A stretch of 64,000 nucleotides of DNA from Gemmatimonadales bacterium. Lineage in GTDB: Bacteria > Gemmatimonadota > Gemmatimonadetes > Gemmatimonadales > GWC2-71-9. The stretch's first letter is position 1, and each line of letters opens with the position of its first letter. Made by a program: the position numbers and the translations under genes. Under the pieces are notes generated by a model that was not told where the DNA came from, did not search any database, and was given only the letters and a program-made list of their open reading frames with translations. The stretch spans positions 11,106 through 75,105 of the forward strand of contig DAINRR010000006.1 in assembly GCA_036741715.1 (NCBI GenBank). Reading direction: 5' to 3'. Positions 47,570 to 58,338 of this stretch are shown piece after piece.

Positions 47570-48133
47570 TCAGCGGCCGCGATCGAGTTCCGCAGCGCTC
47601 ACCTCCCGCTCGACGCCCACGTCCGGAGGAGATCCCGTCACCATGGCCTTCGCGACCTCGAAGAGTACCACGGGCTGCGGCTTGTCCAGCTTGAGGTAGA
47701 CGACCGACTCCACATCCACCAGGATGAGCGCGAGCCGGGGATCGTCGGGTCCGCCGTCGCGCTCGCCGCCGGCGTCGCCGAACCAGGCCTTCCAGTCCCT
47801 GCGGTACAGCTCGTGGATAAGCCTCCGGTCCTGCGTGACCCTGGCGATGCCGCTCACCGATACCCACTCACGCGTCCTGTCCTTGTAGTAGGCGAGGTTG
47901 ACCTGCGGGTCGAACGCGAGCTCGTCGAGCTTGTCCGACTCGATGTCGGTCACGAACCAGAGGTCGCTGCCCTCGGCCTGGGTCTGGGTGGCCATCGGGC
48001 GGGAAACGAGGCGGCCGTCCCGGCGCCGCGTGGTGAACATGGCGATCTCGATCCCCTCGATGAGTCCGTAGAGCTCGTCGAGCTTCTTTTCGAGTGAGAT
48101 CGGTGGGGCGTTCCGTTCGTTGGATCGGCTCAT
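47570..48133 (-). CDS. Pyridoxamine 5'-phosphate oxidase-like / general stress protein 26 family
   Basis: 187-aa ORF with IAMFTTRRRDGRLVSRPMATQ, LWFVTDIESDKLDEL, VNLAYYKD and WVSVSGIARV. Confidence 0.85.
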   Translation of the reverse strand: MSRSNERNAPPISLEKKLDELYGLIEGIEIAMFTTRRRDGRLVSRPMATQTQAEGSDLWFVTDIESDKLDELAFDPQVNLAYYKDRTREWVSVSGIARVTQDRRLIHELYRRDWKAWFGDAGGERDGGPDDPRLALILVDVESVVYLKLDKPQPVVLFEVAKAMVTGSPPDVGVEREVSAAELDRGR

Positions 48134-48241
48134 GGGCTCACGGCTCGCAGAAAAGGGGGGATTGACGGCTTCCCCTATGCTCGGCGATTCGCCGCGAGTG
48201 CGATAGGACCCGGATCACAACCAGGCGTGAGTCACCGGGGC

Positions 48242-48865
48242 TCAGCAACAGGCGTGCAGGAGCCGGAGCCGCCCGCTCGCCCGATCCCACGCAAGCACCA
48301 CAGTCGTCTCGTAACCGTACGTGAACGACACCTGCTGGACGGGGGGCTGCCGCAGAATTGTGGAATCGATCGTCCGGGCCATGCTGACGTAGGCCATCGA
48401 GTCGAAGGGCTCCACCTCGACACTCGCCAGCGTGCGGTCGAGCCGACGTCGCAGATGCGCTGCCCGCGCCAATGGATCCGCGGGTGGCGGCGGCACCACC
48501 AGCTCGTAATCGCTCGCCCATTCTTCCTGCCAGCGCTCCGCGCCCGCGGACCAGAACGTCAACTGAATCCGCAGGCTGTCGACAGCGGCCCCGATGGCAC
48601 GCAGGTGCACCGTATCGACAACGCCGTCGCCGGTAAAATCGAGGGTCCGGTGCTGCGCATGCCAGATCGCGGTACCGCCGCCACCGGATGAGGGCGGAGC
48701 CGCGGGCGCTCCGGCTTGCGAGGACTCTGGCAGCCCCGAGTCGGTCGGCGATTCGTTTCGCCGCTGCTCACTTCCGCACGCTAGAGCGAAAACGAAGGCC
48801 GCGGCGCAAGCGACCTGCATACCGAGGCAGTTGAGGATCGTCGCCTTGAGGGTCGGGTCTTTCAT
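48242..48865 (-). CDS. Hypothetical lipoprotein
   Basis: 207-aa ORF with lipobox FVFALAC. Contains a DFTGDGVVD (FG-GAP-like) segment. Confidence 0.6.
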   Translation of the reverse strand: MKDPTLKATILNCLGMQVACAAAFVFALACGSEQRRNESPTDSGLPESSQAGAPAAPPSSGGGGTAIWHAQHRTLDFTGDGVVDTVHLRAIGAAVDSLRIQLTFWSAGAERWQEEWASDYELVVPPPPADPLARAAHLRRRLDRTLASVEVEPFDSMAYVSMARTIDSTILRQPPVQQVSFTYGYETTVVLAWDRASGRLRLLHACC

Positions 48866-48887
48866 CGTTTGCGTGCGACAGCGCGGA

Positions 48888-49274
48888 TCACTGCCCGACC
48901 GGTGGCTGCCAGAGCTCGAGCTTGTTTCCTTCCGGATCGATCACCCAGCCGAACTTTCCGTACTCCGAATCGTCGACTTTCTCGAGCACGTTGCACCCTT
49001 CGGCCCGCAGGACCGCGAGGAGCGCCTGAAGGTCCTCGACACGGTAATTCACCATGAAGGGCGCCGTGCTTGGCGCGAAGTAGTCGTTCTGCGACGAGTT
49101 GATCGACCAGACGGTCGTTCCGCCGACCGGCTTGCCTTCACCGTCGGTCCAGCTGAATGCCGCCCCGCCCCACTCCTGAACATCGATTCCGAGGTGCTGC
49201 TTGTACCAGGCCCGGAGCGCGGTGGCGTCGCTCGCTTTGAAGAATATGCCGCCGATGCCGGTGACTCGCTTCAT
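48888..49274 (-). CDS. VOC/glyoxalase family protein
   Basis: C-terminal 128 aa of ORF 48888..49481. Motifs MKRVTGIGGIFFKASDATALRAWYKQHLG and GKFGWVIDPEGNKLELWQP. Confidence 0.8.
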   Translation of the reverse strand: MKRVTGIGGIFFKASDATALRAWYKQHLGIDVQEWGGAAFSWTDGEGKPVGGTTVWSINSSQNDYFAPSTAPFMVNYRVEDLQALLAVLRAEGCNVLEKVDDSEYGKFGWVIDPEGNKLELWQPPVGQ

Positions 49275-49485
49275 GGGACCTCCGAAGGTGGGTGGTCGAG
49301 ACTTCCGGATATCGCGCCGCCCGGAGGCGGGCGCCAGACCCGACGGTCGCTCGGGCTTGTGGGACGGCCGGGGACCCTGCATAGTCGAGGAGATACCCCC
49401 CCAGACAGCCCATGCGCGCCGGACGTCGCCTGAAAGCCGGCGGATCGGGCCGTGGTCGCGCCTGCATGAAGGAGGATTCACCCGT

Positions 49486-49499
49486 AATTCACGTGATTT
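49486..49499. promoter_or_regulatory. Candidate operator: 14-bp near-palindrome AATTCACGTGATTT upstream of the hydrogenase operon
   Basis: 12 of 14 positions are self-complementary around a central CACGTG. It lies in an AT-enriched patch about 115 nt upstream of the small-subunit ATG, inside a 340-bp divergent intergenic region. Confidence 0.3.
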
Positions 49500-49614
49500 A
49501 AACGCGAGGTTTCTGACGCGCGCGTATCGTGTCGGGAAGCATCCCGTGAGGCCCCGGCTCCCACCGGTCCCCCGGCTTCACCCGCAGCTCCCCTCCAGCG
49601 GAGCGATCGATACG

Positions 49615-50775
49615 ATGTTCTCACCCAATTCCCATCCCTGGTCGGCCGACGAGACCCTCGGCCGGCATCTGGAGCGGCGGGGCGTTTCCCGGCGCGAGTT
49701 CCTCGAATTCTGCGGCGGGCTCTGCGCGATGCTCGGGCTCGGCAGCAGCTTCGTTCCCCGCATGGCGCACGCGCTCCAGACGATGAAGCGCCCGAGCGTC
49801 ATCTGGCTCCAGCTGCAGGAATGTACCGGCTGCGTGGAGAGCGTGATCCGTACGTCGGAGCCGACCATCGGCAACCTCCTCCTCGACCTCATCTCCCTCG
49901 ACTATCAGCACACACTCATGGCGGCCGCTGGGCACCAGGCCGAGGGGGCGCTGCAGGCGGCCATGAAGGAAAACGCGGGCAAGTACCTGCTCGTGGTGAC
50001 CGGCTCGGTTCCGCTCGCGGAGAACGGGATCTACCTCACGATCGGGGGCCGCACGGCGAAGACGATCCTCGAAGAGGCCGCCGTCGGGGCGGCCGGCGTC
50101 ATCGCGGTCGGCGCCTGCGCCCACTGGGGCAGCGTGCAGGCGGCGCGACCGAACCCGACCGGGGCCGTCGGCGTCGGCGACATCGTCAAGGACAAGCCGG
50201 TGGTGAACATCGCGGGGTGCCCGCCGATTTCCGATGTCGTCACCGCCACCATCGTCCACTACCTGACCATGGGCCGGATGCCCGCCACCGACGGCGACGG
50301 GCGTCCCACCTTCGCCTATGGCTCACGGATTCACGACCAGTGCTCCCGGCGCGCCAACTTCGACGCCGGTCAGTTCGTGACGAGCTTCGACGACGAGGCC
50401 GCCCGCAACGGATGGTGCCTCTATACCGTCGGCTGCAAGGGCCCGTCGACGTTCTCACCCTGTCCGATCTTCCAGTGGAACAGCGGGACCAGCTGGCCGA
50501 TCGGCGCGGGGCATCCCTGCATCGGCTGCACCGAGCGTCAGTTCTGGGATACGATGACGCCGTTCTATCACCGACTGCCCGACGTCGCCGGCTTCGGGGT
50601 CGAACGGACAGCCGACCTCATCGGCGCGGCCCTCGCCGCTGGTGCCACGGCTGGCGTCGCGGCCCATGCCGCCGCGACTGCGATCCATCAGTCCCGGCGC
50701 CGGCCGCTGCCGGTCATCGATGCACCACCCGTGCGATCCGATCCGCCGGCCCCGCCAACGACTGGAAAGGAGTGA
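49615..50775 (+). CDS. hyaA: [NiFe]-hydrogenase small subunit (Tat-exported, membrane-anchored)
   Basis: ORF 49201..50775 trimmed to ATG 49615. Twin-arginine signal RRGVSRREFLEF. FeS ligand motifs LQECTGCVES, GACAHWGSVQAARPNPTGA, GCPP, HDQCSRR, CLYTVGCKGP and CIGC. C-terminal hydrophobic anchor LIGAALAAGATAGVAAHAAATAI. Confidence 0.95.
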   Translation: MFSPNSHPWSADETLGRHLERRGVSRREFLEFCGGLCAMLGLGSSFVPRMAHALQTMKRPSVIWLQLQECTGCVESVIRTSEPTIGNLLLDLISLDYQHTLMAAAGHQAEGALQAAMKENAGKYLLVVTGSVPLAENGIYLTIGGRTAKTILEEAAVGAAGVIAVGACAHWGSVQAARPNPTGAVGVGDIVKDKPVVNIAGCPPISDVVTATIVHYLTMGRMPATDGDGRPTFAYGSRIHDQCSRRANFDAGQFVTSFDDEAARNGWCLYTVGCKGPSTFSPCPIFQWNSGTSWPIGAGHPCIGCTERQFWDTMTPFYHRLPDVAGFGVERTADLIGAALAAGATAGVAAHAAATAIHQSRRRPLPVIDAPPVRSDPPAPPTTGKE

Positions 50776-50779
50776 CGCG

Positions 50780-52491
<1,712 letters not shown>

Positions 52492-52495
<4 letters not shown>

Positions 52496-53211
52496 GCACC
52501 ACGACCGCGCCGGTCGAGCATCTCCCGCGCACCGGCAACTACCGGTGGGTCCAGCTTTGGGGCGTGCCGCTCCGGGTCATGCACTGGGCCGCCGCGATCG
52601 CGATCGTCCTGCTCGTCGTGACCGGGCTGTACATCGGCAGGCCGTACTTCATGACGAGCGGGGAGGCCAGCTCCCACTTCCTGATGGGATGGATGCGGCT
52701 CCTGCATTTCATCGCGGCCGGCACCCTCGTCATGACGGCGATCGTCCGGATCTACTGGCTCGTCGCCGGGAACCGGTACGAGCGGTGGAGCGCGCTCATC
52801 CCCTGGCACCCGCGCGACATCCGGAACCTCTTCCGGCAGGCACGCGCGTACCTGCTCGTCCGCCCGGAGGACGCGCCACCGTACCTCGGCCACAATCCGC
52901 TCCAGCAGCTCAGCTATACGTCCCTGTATGCGGTGGCACTGATACAGGTGATCACCGGATTCGCGCTGTATGGGCAGTACGATTCGTCGAGCATCTTCTT
53001 CCGCCTCCTCAACTGGATCGGCCCGATGCTCGGCGGGATGCCGAACGTCCGCTTCCTGCATCACGTGCTCACGTGGGTGTTCGTGATCTACATCCCGATC
53101 CATGTGTACATGTCGATCCGCGCCGACGTGCTCGATCGCAACAGCACCATTTCGTCGATCGTGACCGGGGGTCGCATGGTACGCGCCGACGAGGAGTTCG
53201 AGGATGACTGA
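52492..53211 (+). CDS. hyaC: Ni/Fe-hydrogenase b-type cytochrome subunit
   Basis: C-terminal 239 aa of ORF 51592..53211. ATGA overlap with the large-subunit stop. 4 TM helices with conserved His (RVMHWAAAIAIV, RLLHFIAAG, LGHNPLQQ, VRFLHHVLTWVFVIYIPIHVY). Confidence 0.9.
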
Positions 53212-53713
53212 CGTGCGCACGGGAACCTTCGTGATCGGTCTCGGCAACCCGCTGATGCTGGACGACGGTATCGGCCTCGCGGCGCTCGAGCGGCTCTCCT
53301 GCCGGCCCGACATCCCGGAAGGCATCCAGCTCGTCGATGGGGGCACCTGGGGGATGAACCTCCTCCCGCTCATCGAAACCGCCGGCACCGTGATCTTCCT
53401 CGACGCCATCCGGCTCGGGTGCGAGGCCGGCACGATCCACGAGCTCGAGGGCGACGCCGTTCCGCGGCGCCTCGCCCACAAGCTCTCGCCCCATCAGATC
53501 GACCTCGGCGAAGTACTCGCGATCGCCATGCTGCGCGGGACGCTCCCTACGCGGCTCCTCGCGCTGGGCATCGAGCCAGCTGAAGTCGAGATGGGAACGG
53601 GGCTCAGCCCCGCGGTCGAGGCGGCCATGCCGGAGCTCCTCGCGCGGGTCGTGAGGCGGATCGAGCACTTCGCGGCGGGCGACTTGGAGGGCGTGCCGGC
53701 TTGCACGAGCTGA
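53204..53713 (+). CDS. hyaD: Hydrogenase maturation endopeptidase
   Basis: 169-aa ORF with VIGLGNPLMLDDGIGL, FLDA and SPHQ motifs. Overlaps the cytochrome b stop by 8 nt. Confidence 0.9.
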   Translation: MTDVRTGTFVIGLGNPLMLDDGIGLAALERLSCRPDIPEGIQLVDGGTWGMNLLPLIETAGTVIFLDAIRLGCEAGTIHELEGDAVPRRLAHKLSPHQIDLGEVLAIAMLRGTLPTRLLALGIEPAEVEMGTGLSPAVEAAMPELLARVVRRIEHFAAGDLEGVPACTS

Positions 53714-53961
53714 GCCTCGCGCTCGAGGTCTGCCGCATCGCGGAAGCCCGCCTCGACGGCGCGGAGGCCCGCAGGCTGCGGCGCGTCGGCATCGAGGTCG
53801 GCGAGGACGCCAATATCGAGGTCGCCAACTTCGAGTTCTGCCTCGAGGCGCTGCTGGGCGCGCCGCCCTTCGGCGCGGCGACGCCCATCGTTACCCGCTG
53901 CCCGGGCGAGGATCTCCGGCTCGCATTCATGGAGGTGGACGATGACGGTCCGGACGATTGA
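53701..53961 (+). CDS. hypA: HypA-like nickel metallochaperone lacking the zinc-finger module
   Basis: 86-aa ORF with a TTG start. The N-terminal MHELSLA is the Ni-binding MHE motif and the C-terminus is EDLRLAFMEVDD. It has no CxxC pairs, only 3 isolated Cys. Confidence 0.7.
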   Translation: MHELSLALEVCRIAEARLDGAEARRLRRVGIEVGEDANIEVANFEFCLEALLGAPPFGAATPIVTRCPGEDLRLAFMEVDDDGPDD

Positions 53962-54613
53962 CGTGCGCGAGCGGGTCATGGCGAAGAACGACGAGATCGC
54001 CGCCGAGGTGCGTCGACGTCTCGCCGCTGCCGGTGTGCCGGCGCTCAACCTCGTTTCGTCGCCCGGCTCGGGAAAGACCACCCTCCTCGAGCGCACCCTG
54101 GATACCCTCGGGCGCGAGCTCAGGATCAGCGTCGTGACCGGTGACGTCCAGACGCAGAACGACGCCGACCGGCTCGCTGCGCGCACGACCCGGCTCGTCC
54201 AGGCGGTCGTCACCGGAGGCGCCTGCCACCTCGACGCGCGACAGGTGCAGGAAGCGCTCGACGCGCTCGACCTCGACGACACCGACCTTCTCTTCATCGA
54301 GAACGTCGGCAACCTCGTCTGCCCGGCGGGGTGGGACCTCGGGGAAAGCGCCAAGGTCGTTCTCTTCTCGGTCACCGAGGGCGAGGACAAGCCGCTCAAG
54401 TATCCCGCCATGTTCCGCAACTCGACGACGGCCGTGCTCACGAAGATCGACCTCCTGCCGCACGTTCCGTTCGATGTCGAGCGCGCCGTCGCAGCCGCTC
54501 GGAGCGTCAATCCGGGCCTCGAGTTCTTCTTCGTCTCGGCGCTCACGGGCGAGGGGATGGAGGCGTGGTTCGACTTTCTCCGGTCCCGCGCACGGATGGT
54601 CACGGCGTCGTGA
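53942..54613 (+). CDS. hypB: Hydrogenase nickel-incorporation GTPase HypB
   Basis: 223-aa ORF with P-loop SSPGSGKTTLL, GGACHLDA, ENVGNLVCP and TKIDLL. Confidence 0.95.
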   Translation: MTVRTIDVRERVMAKNDEIAAEVRRRLAAAGVPALNLVSSPGSGKTTLLERTLDTLGRELRISVVTGDVQTQNDADRLAARTTRLVQAVVTGGACHLDARQVQEALDALDLDDTDLLFIENVGNLVCPAGWDLGESAKVVLFSVTEGEDKPLKYPAMFRNSTTAVLTKIDLLPHVPFDVERAVAAARSVNPGLEFFFVSALTGEGMEAWFDFLRSRARMVTAS

Positions 54614-56919
54614 CCGCCTCCGCCGCAGCACCGGCCGCACGGCGGATCCGGGTGACGGGCGTCGTCCAGGGGGTGGGGTTTCGCCCCTTCGTCCATCGCC
54701 TCGCCGTTCGGCACGGGCTTGGCGGATGGGTGAGGAATGCCGGTGGGGAGGTCGAGATCACGGTCGCAGGCGCGGAATCCGCCATCACCGCGTTCATCGG
54801 TGCGATCGAGCTGGAGGCGCCGCCACTCGCGCGGATCGAAACGGTTCACGTCGAGCCGTCGATGGATGCGCCGGCGGATGGTTTCGCCATCGTGCCGAGC
54901 CGGGACCCCGCGGGGATGCGGGAGCCGGTCTCGCCCGATGTGGCGCTCTGCGCGGCGTGCGAGGCGGAGCTGTTCGACCCGGCCGACAGGCGGTTCCGCT
55001 ACCCCTTCATTACTTGCACCGACTGCGGACCGCGCTTCACGGTGATCGAGGCCATGCCGTACGACCGCGTCCGCACGAGCATGCGCGCCTTTGCGCAGTG
55101 CCCCGCCTGCGAACGGGAATATGCGTCACCCTCCGACCGGCGCTTCCACTCCGAGACCAACAGCTGCCCTGCCTGCGGGCCGAGGCTCTGGCTCGAGCGG
55201 GGGGACCAGGTCGTCGATGGTTCGGCGCATGCGCTGGAGTCCGCCGCAGGCCTTCTCCGCGAGGGAGCCATCGTGGCCCTGCGCGGGCTCGGAGGCTTCC
55301 ATCTGGCCGTCGATGCCACGTCGGACCGAGCGGTAGTTCGCCTTCGCTCGCGCAAGCGGCGGGATGCGAAGCCGCTGGCGGTGATGGTGCAGAGCGTGTC
55401 CCACGCCGCCGAGCTGGTCGAGCTGACTGATGAGGCGAGTGCGCTGCTCCAGTCCCCGGTGCGCCCGATCGTGATCCTGCCCGAACGCGAGGCAAGTCCG
55501 GTCAGCCGGTTCATTGCGCCCGGGATCGGGTCCGTCGGCGTTATGCTGCCATCCACCCCGCTGCATCATCTGCTGCTCGACCTCGTGTGCCACCCCCTCG
55601 TCATGACGAGCGGGAACCTGAGTGACGAGCCCATCGCGACCGGCAACGCAGAGGCGCGCGCGCGGCTCGCCGGAATCGCGGACGCCTTCCTCCTGCACGA
55701 CCGCGAGATCGTTTCCCGATACGACGACTCGGTGATCCGGCCGGTGCGGCAGGGCCGCGTCATCATCCGGCGCGCCCGGGGCCTCGCCCCGCTTCCGCTC
55801 CGCCTGCCGCTCGCGAGCCCGGTGCCACTCGTCGCGGTCGGGGCGGATCTCAAGAACACCTTCACGGTGGTAGACGGCTCCCGCGCCTATGTGAGCCAGC
55901 ACATCGGCGACCTCGACAGCCTGGAAACAGTCACGCATTTCAGGGAGACGCTCGCCCGGTTCGAATCGCTCTTCCGGATCGCGCCGTCCGCGGCAGCGCG
56001 GGACCTGCACCCTGGATATCTCTCGACGCGCCTCGCCGAGGAGCTCGGGCTGTCGCCGGTCATCGGCGTGCAGCACCATCATGCGCACATCGCCGCAGTG
56101 CTGGCCGAGCATGGTGAGCGGGATGCCGTCGTCGGCCTGGCATTCGACGGCACCGGCTACGGCGACGACGGAAACGTCTGGGGCGCGGAGGTGCTGCTCG
56201 CCGACCTGCACGGCTACCGGCGACTGGCGCAGCTGCGCTACGCCCCGATGCCCGGCGGCGACCTCGCCGCCCGCGAGCCCTGGCGTGCCGCGCTCGGCTA
56301 CCTCTCGCTCGAGCCGGATCGTGCCCGCGCCTTCGAGGGGGCGTTCGAAAAAGTACCGCCGCGTGAGCTCGCGATGGCGCGTGCCCAGCTGGACCGCCGC
56401 CTCAATGCGCCGCTCGCTTCGTCCCTCGGCCGCCTCTTCGACGCGGCGGCCGCGGTGATCGGTGTCCATCACGGGGGGCAGTTCGAGGGGCAGGCTGCGA
56501 TGGAGCTCGAGGCGCTCGCCGGCAATCTCGCGGGGATTGCGCGCGAAGTGCCGATCGACGACGCGGGCGCCGTCTGGCAGATGGACCCGCTGCCGCTGCT
56601 CGGTGAATTGGGCGAGCGCCAGAGGTCGGGCGCGGATCGAGCCGACCTCGCCGCGGATTTCCATGCGAGCCTCATCGCGGCCACCGTGCGACTGGCGACG
56701 GCGAGCTGCGAGCGGTGCGGAATCGGCACGGTGGCCCTCGGCGGCGGCGTCTTCCAGAATGCACGGTTCGCCACGCAGATCCCTGCGGCCCTCGAAGCTC
56801 GCGGAATGCGGGTGCTCCTTCCGCGCGAGCTTGGGCCGAACGATGGCGCCGTGAGCTATGGTCAGGCGGCAGTCGCGGCAGCGCGGCTGGCGGGCACCAG
56901 CGCTTCCTTCTCGAACTGA
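54610..56919 (+). CDS. hypF: Carbamoyltransferase HypF
   Basis: ORF 54331..56919 trimmed to GTG 54610 (GTGA overlap). Acylphosphatase domain VTGVVQGVGFRPFV. Two zinc fingers, CAACEAE...CTDCGPRF and CPACERE...CPACGPRL. YrdC-like GLGGFHLAVDA and a Kae1-like C-terminus. Confidence 0.95.
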   Translation: MTASAAAPAARRIRVTGVVQGVGFRPFVHRLAVRHGLGGWVRNAGGEVEITVAGAESAITAFIGAIELEAPPLARIETVHVEPSMDAPADGFAIVPSRDPAGMREPVSPDVALCAACEAELFDPADRRFRYPFITCTDCGPRFTVIEAMPYDRVRTSMRAFAQCPACEREYASPSDRRFHSETNSCPACGPRLWLERGDQVVDGSAHALESAAGLLREGAIVALRGLGGFHLAVDATSDRAVVRLRSRKRRDAKPLAVMVQSVSHAAELVELTDEASALLQSPVRPIVILPEREASPVSRFIAPGIGSVGVMLPSTPLHHLLLDLVCHPLVMTSGNLSDEPIATGNAEARARLAGIADAFLLHDREIVSRYDDSVIRPVRQGRVIIRRARGLAPLPLRLPLASPVPLVAVGADLKNTFTVVDGSRAYVSQHIGDLDSLETVTHFRETLARFESLFRIAPSAAARDLHPGYLSTRLAEELGLSPVIGVQHHHAHIAAVLAEHGERDAVVGLAFDGTGYGDDGNVWGAEVLLADLHGYRRLAQLRYAPMPGGDLAAREPWRAALGYLSLEPDRARAFEGAFEKVPPRELAMARAQLDRRLNAPLASSLGRLFDAAAAVIGVHHGGQFEGQAAMELEALAGNLAGIAREVPIDDAGAVWQMDPLPLLGELGERQRSGADRADLAADFHASLIAATVRLATASCERCGIGTVALGGGVFQNARFATQIPAALEARGMRVLLPRELGPNDGAVSYGQAAVAAARLAGTSASFSN

Positions 56920-56929
56920 GGACCTTCCC

Positions 56930-57229
56930 ATGTGCCTTGGCATTCCCGGACGAGTCGTCGAGGTGCACGACGACCGCGGACTCGCGATGGGCGTCGTGGA
57001 CTTCGGCGGCGTACGCCGCGAGGTCTGTCTCGCCTATATCGCGGATCAGGTGCAGCCCGGCGACTACGCGCTGGTGCACGTCGGCTTCGCCATCTCGCGC
57101 ATCGACGAGGCGGAGGCGCGGCGCACGTTCGAGGCGCTCCGGGAGATGAGCCAGCTGGACGAGCTCGACTGGCTGCGTGAAGTTGCGGATCAGGAGCTCG
57201 TGGAGCTGGAGCAGCGAGCGGCACCATGA
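56930..57229 (+). CDS. hypC: Hydrogenase assembly chaperone HypC
   Basis: ORF 56858..57229 trimmed to [12 protein letters not shown], the invariant N-terminal Cys motif. Confidence 0.9.
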   Translation: MCLGIPGRVVEVHDDRGLAMGVVDFGGVRREVCLAYIADQVQPGDYALVHVGFAISRIDEAEARRTFEALREMSQLDELDWLREVADQELVELEQRAAP

Positions 57230-58338
57230 GATACCTCGACGAGTACCGGGACGGCACCATCGCCCGCTCCCTCGCGGCGCAGATCCGGCGCACCGCGACG
57301 CGCCGGTGGGTGCTGATGGAAGTCTGCGGCGGGCAGACCCACACGATCGTCAAGCAGGGACTCGACGAGCTCCTCGGCGATGCCGTCGAGATGATTCACG
57401 GCCCCGGCTGTCCCGTGTGCGTCACGCCGCTCGAGCAGATCGACAAGGCGCTCGAGCTCGCGGCGCGTCCCGAGGTGATCTTCACCTCGTTCGGGGACAT
57501 GCTCCGCGTTCCGGGGAGCGAGTGCGACCTCCTGCAGGTGCGCGCACGCGGTGGCACCGTGCGCATCGTCTACTCGCCGCTCGACGCCCTCGAGCTCGCC
57601 GTGCGGAACCCCGACCGCGAGGTCGTCTTCTTCGCCGTCGGGTTCGAGACCACCGCCCCCGCGAATGCCATGGCCGTCTGGCGCGCACGCCAGCTCGGGA
57701 TCCGCAACTTCAGCGTCCTCGTCTCCCACGTGACCGTGCCCCCGGCCATGGTGGCGCTCCTGAGCGACCCGGCCAACCGCGTCCAGGCGTTCCTTGCCGC
57801 CGGGCATGTCTGCACCGTGATGGGGTGGAGCGAGTACGAGCCGATCGCGGCAGGATTCCGGGTGCCGATCATCGTCACGGGCTTCGAGCCGCTCGACATC
57901 CTCGAAGGGATTCACCTCGCGGTCCGCCAGCTCGAGGAGGGCCGCCACGAGGTCGAGAACCAGTATGCGCGCGCCGTGACCCGGGAGGGCACGGTTCCCG
58001 CTCGAACGCTCGTCGAGGAGGTCTTCGAGCTGGCGGACCGGAAATGGCGCGGGATCGGCGAGATTCCGGCCAGCGGCCTCGCCCTGCGGGCGGAGTTCGC
58101 AGCATTCGACGCCGAGCGGCGCTTTTCCCTTGCGACGACGTCGGTGCCGGAGCCGGTTGAGTGCCGGGCCGGCGCCGTGCTGCGTGGCCAGCTCAGGCCG
58201 CACCAGTGTCCCGCCTTCGGCCGGAGCTGTACGCCCGAGCACCCGCTCGGCGCGCCGATGGTCTCGTCCGAAGGTGCGTGCGCTGCCTATTACAACTACG
58301 GGAGGTTCCGCGCGTCGGAGCCGTTGGAGGTCACATGA
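57226..58338 (+). CDS. hypD: Hydrogenase formation protein HypD
   Basis: 370-aa ORF with ATGA overlap. Motifs [18 protein letters not shown] and FETTAP. Confidence 0.95.
   Translation: MRYLDEYRDGTIARSLAAQIRRTATRRWVLMEVCGGQTHTIVKQGLDELLGDAVEMIHGPGCPVCVTPLEQIDKALELAARPEVIFTSFGDMLRVPGSECDLLQVRARGGTVRIVYSPLDALELAVRNPDREVVFFAVGFETTAPANAMAVWRARQLGIRNFSVLVSHVTVPPAMVALLSDPANRVQAFLAAGHVCTVMGWSEYEPIAAGFRVPIIVTGFEPLDILEGIHLAVRQLEEGRHEVENQYARAVTREGTVPARTLVEEVFELADRKWRGIGEIPASGLALRAEFAAFDAERRFSLATTSVPEPVECRAGAVLRGQLRPHQCPAFGRSCTPEHPLGAPMVSSEGACAAYYNYGRFRASEPLEVT

Noticed and set aside
49275-49614. Sigma-54 (-24 GG / -12 GC) promoter upstream of the hydrogenase operon
   Set aside because: I scanned the region by eye. 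The only GG...GC candidates (for example tgggacggccggggaccctgca) have the wrong spacing, so no call was made.
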